A DNA stretch of 5,956 bases. Source: a virus. Shown piece by piece: positions 1-4,690 of the stretch. Each line of letters starts with the position of its first letter. Position 1 is the stretch's first letter. The DNA is taken from IMG/VR virus record IMGVR_UViG_3300020047_001238, positions 1 through 5,956 of that record, one strand, 5' to 3'. Below the pieces are notes generated by a model. It was not told the DNA's origin. It searched no databases and saw only the letters and a program-made list of their open reading frames with translations. Both the position numbers and the translations under genes were made by a program.

Positions 1-121
1 ACTCCTCTTTTCGGCTTCGCAAACCGTTAACACTCAGATTGTCATGTCGACCGTTGCAGGTGGAGGACCTTCGGCCGGTATTTCGTCGTTCCTCGGCCAG
101 CAAGGTGGTTCGATTGCCTTC
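1..121. repeat. Terminal direct repeat, copy 1 (identical to 5836..5956). This is the overlap of a circular genome linearised during assembly.
   Basis: I compared all 121 nt of 1-121 with 5836-5956 and found no mismatch. The repeat lies inside an open reading frame that is continuous across the junction. Confidence 0.97.
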
Positions 122-664
122 AACACACAGTTGGGCCGCCAGCAGTCCTACTTCTTTCGTGAGCCCGGCTACCTTATCGATATGCTGAGTATCCGTCCGG
201 TTTACTATTGGCAGAACATCAAGCCGGACTATCTGCGTTATCAGGGTGCCGACTACTTCAATCCGTTGTACAATGATATTGGTTATCAGGATGTTCCGCT
301 TTCTCGGTTCTCGAATCTACCCGGCAAGTCAATTACTACCAGTCCTGATATTTCGATTTACCGCGAACCGTGTTTCAATGAGTTCCGTGCTTCATACGAT
401 GAGACCCTCGGCGATTTCGGCTCGCTCTCGGGCTACCCGGCGGTCCTCGGCAAATGGGTGCAGTCTCGGTCGATCATCAGTATTTCTGATTATTCCTTCG
501 AGCGTGCCTTCTCTGAGATTCCGACGCTTTTCGTAGATCTCTCGACGGTCAACTCGCCGTTCCAGTCTGCTGTTCAGGATAATTTCTTCATAAACCTCTC
601 ATACTCAGTTCAAAAGAAGAATCTCGTCAATAAGTCATTCGCAACTCGACTTGCAAATCGTTAA
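2..664 (+). CDS. VP1: Major capsid protein (Microviridae F/VP1 family), C-terminal part. It continues 4691..5835 across the circular junction.
   Basis: The frame is the same as the ORF entering from 4691 (5835 is divisible by 3), with stop TAA at 662-664. The translation contains ...REPGYLIDMLSIRPVYYWQNIKPDYL...DYFNPLYNDIGYQDVPL..., typical of the C-terminal jelly-roll part of microvirus capsids. The track ORF 44..664 is only an internal Met of this gene. Confidence 0.9.
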   Translation, partial: LLFSASQTVNTQIVMSTVAGGGPSAGISSFLGQQGGSIAFNTQLGRQQSYFFREPGYLIDMLSIRPVYYWQNIKPDYLRYQGADYFNPLYNDIGYQDVPLSRFSNLPGKSITTSPDISIYREPCFNEFRASYDETLGDFGSLSGYPAVLGKWVQSRSIISISDYSFERAFSEIPTLFVDLSTVNSPFQSAVQDNFFINLSYSVQKKNLVNKSFATRLANR

Positions 665-668
665 AATT

Positions 669-1007
669 ATGGTACACAAGAATTTCTCAGAACCCTTGCA
701 GACATACATGTCCCGCGGTCAACGTATTATGTCTGTTTTGAATGGCGAAGGTGTTATAGATGTCATTCCCGGCGCTCCCGATGCCAAGTTTGACACTCAG
801 TCACAGTCCGCCATGGATAAATTCGATCCAGATATCGATTTTGACCCAAATGCCTACTCACGTATGGACAAGTTTGATGGTCTCGAGGTTGGCCAAGAAT
901 TGGTCGATTCGGCCCTCGATTCTCGTCCGGCTGATAAGGCGTCTTCGAAGAAGACTGCCACCTCTGCCGAAGGCGCCACCAATCAGTCGGAGCACAGTGG
1001 AGACTGA
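669..1007 (+). CDS. Small strongly acidic protein (112 aa). It is possibly the internal scaffolding protein (VP3-like); function is unproven.
   Basis: ATG 669 lies 5 nt after the capsid stop; the track start at 651 is a TTG that overlaps the capsid gene. Stop TGA is at 1005-1007. Net charge is roughly -13. A KFD peptide is repeated three times (DAKFD, MDKFD, MDKFD), and the two MDKFD copies use different codons, which argues for protein-level selection. Confidence 0.6.
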   Translation: MVHKNFSEPLQTYMSRGQRIMSVLNGEGVIDVIPGAPDAKFDTQSQSAMDKFDPDIDFDPNAYSRMDKFDGLEVGQELVDSALDSRPADKASSKKTATSAEGATNQSEHSGD

Positions 1008-1014
1008 TATAGGC

Positions 1015-1036
1015 CGGCCGTGAGGCTGATCGGCCG
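1015..1036 (+). other. GC hairpin: 6-bp stem CGGCCG/CGGCCG with a 10-nt loop, overlapping the 8-bp palindrome GGCCGGCC (1012-1019).
   Basis: C1015-G1020 pairs perfectly with C1031-G1036. It starts 8 nt after the stop of the 669..1007 ORF. No T-tract follows, so it is not a canonical intrinsic terminator. Confidence 0.45.
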
Positions 1037-1056
1037 TACAGAAACCGCTATAAAAA

Positions 1057-1082
1057 GGAGGATTGGGCTTGCCCTTTCCTCC
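1057..1082 (+). other. Imperfect hairpin: GGAGGA-TT-GGG-(CTTG)-CCC-TT-TCCTCC.
   Basis: GGAGGA 1057-1062 pairs with TCCTCC 1077-1082. A 2x2 T/T internal loop follows, then GGG 1065-1067 pairs with CCC 1072-1074 around the tetraloop CTTG. It is preceded by A5 (1052-1056). It shares the 10-mer CCTTTCCTCC with the hairpin at 3349-3398. Confidence 0.45.
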
Positions 1083-1179
1083 CCCTATTTCTCTCTGCAG
1101 CCGAATGGCTTGCGCCTCGTCGTAGACACCTTTTTTTCACAAGCCTGCCACGCCGCAGTAACTCTCTGACTCTCCGGAC

Positions 1180-1191
1180 TTTCCCGGGAAA
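1180..1191. promoter_or_regulatory. Perfect 12-bp palindrome TTTCCCGGGAAA in the large noncoding region. It could be a dimeric-protein binding site or a cruciform.
   Basis: The palindrome was read directly. The flanking bases C1179 and T1192 do not extend it. No function can be assigned from sequence. Confidence 0.3.
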
Positions 1192-1357
1192 TTTTAACAG
1201 ACTGAAGAAAGCGCCCCTCGGGCCTTAACTAGACATTATATGATATGTGCGCGGTCCCTTTCGAAAGAGTTCGTGAATTCGTAAGGAAATAGACAATGAA
1301 TGCTTGAATGGCGCGTACGCTTTCTATCGTTCTTTCAAACCTTAAAAATTTACCACA

Positions 1358-1606
1358 ATGATTACTCAAGAAAATTCGACCAAGAAAAATTTGGATAACG
1401 TTGCCGATCAGATTGGCAATGACTCGAAAATGAACGAAAACAGAGCGATTGTTTGGATAGTCCTGATCGTCGCAATGGTCGTTGTAGCGATCTTCGCTAG
1501 CTGTACGACTTCTCACCGGGTGAGCCAGTCCGCATCGACGTTTAAGTCCGGAGATACCCTTACCACGACCATCATCTATCAGCAAACCGGTAAATTTAAA
1601 AAATAA
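1358..1606 (+). CDS. Small single-pass membrane protein or candidate lipoprotein (82 aa from ATG 1358; 58 aa if translated from ATG 1430).
   Basis: The ORF does not overlap other genes and fills the slot between the noncoding region and the pilot gene (stop TAA 1604-1606, pilot ATG 1611). It has one uncharged hydrophobic stretch, AIVWIVLIVAMVVVAIFAS, followed directly by Cys49. From Met25 the layout MNENR + h-region + IFAS|C resembles a signal peptidase II substrate. Confidence 0.6.
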   Translation: MITQENSTKKNLDNVADQIGNDSKMNENRAIVWIVLIVAMVVVAIFASCTTSHRVSQSASTFKSGDTLTTTIIYQQTGKFKK

Positions 1607-1610
1607 TGTC

Positions 1611-2864
1611 ATGGCTGGATTTCTCTTCGGTCTCGGACAGACTGCTGCATCCTCCGGTGCTTCGTCCTTTGGTAGTTCTGGCGGTAGTGGAATCGGTAAT
1701 GCCATCTTTGGTGGTATTGCTGCTAAGCGCCAGTGGAAGTATGCCCAGAAACAGATGGCCTTGCAGCAACAATATGCCTTGGAGCAAATGTCTAAAAGTG
1801 CTGAATATCAATTAAAGCACGATAAATCGATGTTCGATTATGAGAACGCTTATAATGACCCGTCCAAAGTTTTCGAACGCTTTGCTAAGGCTGGTATCAA
1901 CCCTGCTGCGGTCCTTGGCCAGTCTGGTGCTTCTGTTGGTGCCACGATCGGAACTGGTTCAGGTTCTGCACCGTCCGCTAGTGGGCCATCATCCTCAGGA
2001 GCAATTGGTTCGGCTCCTGCCTTCACTGGTGACCCCACGGCCATTGCACAAAATGCCCTTCTTGAGGCGACGAAGAACAAGGCTCGTGAGGATGCTCGTT
2101 TGTCGGCTGCTCAAGCTACCCGTATTGAAAATGAGACTCAGGGTGCCTCGTACTACAAGGCCATTGCTGACCTCAATCAGCAGCTTCTCGCTCACAATGT
2201 GAACGATGCCAAGTCGATGGCTGCTTACCATGATGCGTTGGCAAGAATTGAGCAGGCTTCGGCCCAGTATGCTGATTTGACCGCCACTTATCAGTTCCAA
2301 CAAGTTATTTCTGACTACGCTCGGTCTGTTGAGGAATATCGGCGTCTTAAAGCTCTTAACGACGCTGAAATACCCGTTATGGAGCAAATGGCAGCCGCCA
2401 ACCTTGCTCTGACGCTCGCGCAAGCCTACGCCGCCAGTTCCCGTGGCTCGCTTGATCAGGTGCTCGGTGAGCAAGCAAAGATCAATCTTGCGGACCTCGA
2501 GAATTGGTTTTCAGTGAATTGGACGACTCCCGTAGATGTCCCTGAAGTGGATGAAAAGGGCCGTCCCACTGGAAAGACTCGGAAAATGACCGGCAAGGAT
2601 ATTCAAGAATACCTCCTCGGCCTCGGTGCCGCGTCGGCCGGTCAGGAATTACCTGCTAATTGGTTCAATATCAGGTCGCAAAAGAATCAATTTGGTTATT
2701 CAATGGCGAAAACTGTGATTGCAGCGGCCGCAGCCGCTGTTGTGACACGCGGGCGTGGTTCCTCCGCGCCTGCCGATTTCATTCAGACGACCTCTCATTC
2801 GGATAGATACGGAGAATTTATCGGAGGTACCTCAGTTCGAAGAAGTTACATACCTCGTAAATAG
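1611..2864 (+). CDS. VP2: DNA pilot / minor capsid protein (VP2-like), 417 aa.
   Basis: It runs from ATG 1611 to TAG 2862-2864. The N-terminus is Gly/Ser-rich (GFLFGLGQTAASSGASSFGSSGGSGIGNAIFGG), followed by ...YNDPSKVFERFAKAGINPAAVLG... (the A-G-(I/L)-N-P motif recurrent in microvirus VP2 proteins). A Gly/Ser/Ala low-complexity linker follows, then a long Ala/Gln/Leu-rich helical (coiled-coil-like) centre and a C-terminal hydrophobic Ala-rich segment (TVIAAAAAAVVT). Size and position after the capsid gene fit VP2. Confidence 0.75.
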   Translation: MAGFLFGLGQTAASSGASSFGSSGGSGIGNAIFGGIAAKRQWKYAQKQMALQQQYALEQMSKSAEYQLKHDKSMFDYENAYNDPSKVFERFAKAGINPAAVLGQSGASVGATIGTGSGSAPSASGPSSSGAIGSAPAFTGDPTAIAQNALLEATKNKAREDARLSAAQATRIENETQGASYYKAIADLNQQLLAHNVNDAKSMAAYHDALARIEQASAQYADLTATYQFQQVISDYARSVEEYRRLKALNDAEIPVMEQMAAANLALTLAQAYAASSRGSLDQVLGEQAKINLADLENWFSVNWTTPVDVPEVDEKGRPTGKTRKMTGKDIQEYLLGLGAASAGQELPANWFNIRSQKNQFGYSMAKTVIAAAAAAVVTRGRGSSAPADFIQTTSHSDRYGEFIGGTSVRRSYIPRK

Positions 2865-2957
2865 TTTTTCAAAAAAAAAGTTGTAAAACATTTGGAATTC
2901 TCGAATATTCCTTCTATTATCGCATTACCAAATTGTTCAACGTAAAAACCATTTACC

Positions 2958-3287
2958 ATGAAAAAACTTGAAAATCAGGAGGTCGAATTTCAGATGGTTA
3001 TCCGTCCGATCCCTTCGACTAATGCCTATTCTGTCATCCTCGGTGAGATAGTTGACGGGCAGTTCCGTCCGACGGATCGCCGGCCTGCTAACCATTGTGC
3101 CGACTTTACGTGTCTCCAAGAGAACCCTCTCGCTCTCGGCCAGAATTATGTACTCGCCGAGAGACTCACCGAAGTTGTCGGACCTCTCGCTCTTGAGTGG
3201 GATTCTTGTATGTTGGTATCAGGATTTCTAGTGTTCACTACAAAAGATTTTCCTAATGAAAAATCGACGGAAGAAGACGAAGAATAA
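2958..3287 (+). CDS. Hypothetical acidic protein, 109 aa. I recognise no family.
   Basis: It runs from ATG 2958 to TAA 3285-3287 and is the only long ORF filling the pilot-to-Rep gap on the coding strand. Net charge is about -10, with an acidic tail EKSTEEDEE. It occupies the position where gokushoviruses carry VP3, but I see no recognisable similarity. Confidence 0.55.
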   Translation: MKKLENQEVEFQMVIRPIPSTNAYSVILGEIVDGQFRPTDRRPANHCADFTCLQENPLALGQNYVLAERLTEVVGPLALEWDSCMLVSGFLVFTTKDFPNEKSTEEDEE

Positions 3288-3348
3288 CGGAAGTCGTCGC
3301 GTTGTTCGGCCCCTTTTAGGCAAGGTTCTTTAAAATGGTTGACGACTG

Positions 3349-3398
3349 GGAGGAGAGAGAGGCATCGCTAAATTGCTAGACCTTTCCTCCTTTTTTTT
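3349..3398 (+). terminator. Terminator-like hairpin: purine-tract/pyrimidine-tract stem followed by T8.
   Basis: GGAGGAGAG 3349-3357 pairs with CTTTCCTCC 3382-3390 (8 Watson-Crick pairs plus one G-T/U). The loop is 24 nt, larger than canonical, and is followed by TTTTTTTT at 3391-3398. The element lies between the 109-aa and 73-aa ORFs. Confidence 0.4.
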
Positions 3399-3409
3399 AA
3401 TGAAATCTC

Positions 3410-3631
3410 ATGAACTGTATTAATTTGATAATCAACAACAAGCCCGTTCAGCTCATCATTCACGATGACGGACATGAAGGACCTTCTTTTGACGTGATGG
3501 CGGTTGTCGGTCGAGGAAAAATTGTTCGGTTCGGTCGTTTTAAGCAGTTTGATCACGCCCAGCTGTATCGTGAAAAATATGCCTTGTATTACCGGCATGT
3601 GAAATTTTTCATCTCAAAATCTTTTCTTTGA
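3410..3631 (+). CDS. Hypothetical small basic protein, 73 aa. It is possibly a DNA-binding or packaging accessory protein.
   Basis: It starts at ATG 3410. Its stop TGA 3629-3631 overlaps the Rep ATG 3631-3633 (TGATG), a translational-coupling arrangement that supports it being a real gene. Net charge is about +5, concentrated in the C-terminal half (GRGKIVRFGRFKQF...YREKYALYYRHVKFF). Confidence 0.55.
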   Translation: MNCINLIINNKPVQLIIHDDGHEGPSFDVMAVVGRGKIVRFGRFKQFDHAQLYREKYALYYRHVKFFISKSFL

Positions 3632-4689
3632 TGTGTACGTCACCTCTTTGGATAAATAATCCTCGCTATTTCCGGAAGGATCGCGATGTTTCGCTTCCGA
3701 CTAGCAATCTCGCTCAGTCACCTTGGGACGTTGCTCGGCTTCGATTGGCTGTCCCGTGTGGTGGATGTGAAGAGTGTCTGCGTTCTCTTCGAAATGATTG
3801 GTACGTCAGGATTCGTCAGGAATTGGCACGATGTCGAGCTGAACACCACGAAGCGTGGTTCGTCACGATCACGATCGCTCCTCGATTCTACCAAGAGGCT
3901 TTTGCCGATCCTTCCGCCTTCATGCGAAAGTGGTTCGAACGCATTCGACATGTTACCGGTCGAACCATTAAGCATGTATTTTTTCAGGAATTCGGTACCA
4001 ATCCTGTTACCGGTACGGAACCGCGTCTGCATTTCCATGGTTTCCTGTTCGATCCGCGTATGACTTACAATAGTTTCCGTGGAATTATCTCTCGCTTCGG
4101 CTTTGTATGGTTGTGTCAAGCCACTGCCAAACGGGCTCGATATGCTGTAAAATATGTTGTAAAACAAATAGACACATCAAGTTATGATTTGCCAAACAAA
4201 CTTCGTATGCAACTTGCCGATCGTAGATACGCTCGTAAATTTGTCAGCCCCGGTATTGGTGATTTTCTCGGTACTCAGCCTCGTCCTTCTCTTTCTACTT
4301 CGTTGTGGTCTTATGATGCTAATAGGAAGACTGGTGGTTATCAGTATCGGATCCCTCGTTACTATGACAAATACCTACAACAACATGAAAAGGAGCAAAA
4401 AGCGATTCTTTCTGCAGCTCGGTATGCACTGTGTTTCCACGGCGACATGGTTTGGGATCTTTTTACTCAGCTTGCTAAAAGGTACTCCATCGATCCGTCA
4501 TCCTTATCCTTTAGAAAGGGTCCGTTTTCGCGACTGATGACGTATATACGGATGACTACTGCTCGTACACTGTATGTGCCTGCCACCATTCCTGAGCTTT
4601 TTTTCGATGTTATCCCTATTTGGGAGAAAGCTTTTGGAATAAAAACTTCTCCCCAAGTGCTTGTATATCAACCAAATATAACTACATAA
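3631..4689 (+). CDS. VP4: Rolling-circle replication initiator (HUH endonuclease superfamily, Microviridae gpA/VP4-like), 352 aa.
   Basis: I prefer ATG 3631; the track start 3628 is a TTG one codon upstream. Stop TAA is at 4687-4689. The N-terminus has C..P...(x)...CGGCEEC cysteines. Motif I is FVTITI (3859-3876) and the HUH motif is LHFHGFLF (HFH at 4030-4038). The catalytic motif YAVKYVVK (4141-4164) has two Tyr spaced Y-x-x-K-Y, as in the phiX174 gpA-type initiators. Confidence 0.9.
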   Translation: MCTSPLWINNPRYFRKDRDVSLPTSNLAQSPWDVARLRLAVPCGGCEECLRSLRNDWYVRIRQELARCRAEHHEAWFVTITIAPRFYQEAFADPSAFMRKWFERIRHVTGRTIKHVFFQEFGTNPVTGTEPRLHFHGFLFDPRMTYNSFRGIISRFGFVWLCQATAKRARYAVKYVVKQIDTSSYDLPNKLRMQLADRRYARKFVSPGIGDFLGTQPRPSLSTSLWSYDANRKTGGYQYRIPRYYDKYLQQHEKEQKAILSAARYALCFHGDMVWDLFTQLAKRYSIDPSSLSFRKGPFSRLMTYIRMTTARTLYVPATIPELFFDVIPIWEKAFGIKTSPQVLVYQPNITT

Positions 4690-4690
4690 T

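Noticed and set aside
1-121. Terminal direct repeats as LTRs or transposon ends, or as a biologically meaningful duplication.
   Set aside because: The two copies are perfectly identical and lie at the exact contig ends. They sit inside a capsid ORF that closes in frame when one copy is removed. This is the signature of a circular molecule linearised by an assembler.
44-664. Track ORF 44..664 as a stand-alone 206-aa gene.
   Set aside because: The frame is open upstream to position 2 and is continuous with the capsid ORF entering from 4691 through the circular junction. Met44 is an internal residue.
1055-1065. AAGGAGGA followed by TTG, as a strong ribosome-binding site for an unannotated gene in the noncoding region.
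   Set aside because: The TTG abuts the SD-like string with no spacer. The downstream frame stops after about 21 codons, and the string is the 5-prime arm of a hairpin. No other gene in this genome uses an SD.
1228-1255. dif-like site (candidate XerC/XerD attP). The reverse complement reads ACCGCGCACAT-ATCATA-TAATGTCTAGT, against E. coli dif GGTGCGCATAA-TGTATA-TTATGTTAAAT.
   Set aside because: The ungapped match is only 16/28 (6/11, 3/6 and 7/11 by eye). The conserved XerD arm is poorly matched, and hits of this quality are expected by chance a few times per genome scanned on both strands. It is worth comparing with the dif site of the true host once known, but it is not supportable now.
1348-2958. 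Shared TAAAAA...ATTTACCA string immediately upstream of the ATGs at 1358 and 2958, as a common promoter or leader element.
   Set aside because: An 8-mer shared between two A/T-rich leaders is weak evidence, and spacing to the ATG differs (3 nt versus overlapping the A of the ATG). It does not match the Bacteroidetes TAnnTTTG -7 box or a sigma70 -10 box well. Likewise, the TTGACG at 3339-3344 and the TAGACA sites at 1230 and 1290 lack a -10 partner at 16-18 nt, so no promoter is called.
651-3630. TTG start codons proposed by the track at 651 and 3628.
   Set aside because: The TTG at 651 would overlap the capsid 3-prime end by 14 nt, while an ATG lies at 669 just past the capsid stop. The TTG at 3628 is one codon upstream of ATG 3631, which forms a TGATG overlap with the preceding stop. 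The ATG starts are more parsimonious, though the TTG starts cannot be excluded.
4210-4216. CAACTTG, identical to the first 7 nt of the phiX174 origin core, lying inside the Rep gene as in phiX174.
   Set aside because: Only a 7-mer matches. The downstream sequence (CCGATCGTAG...) does not resemble the phiX ATATTAATAAC continuation, and a 7-mer is expected by chance in about 6 kb. The Rep nick site remains unidentified.
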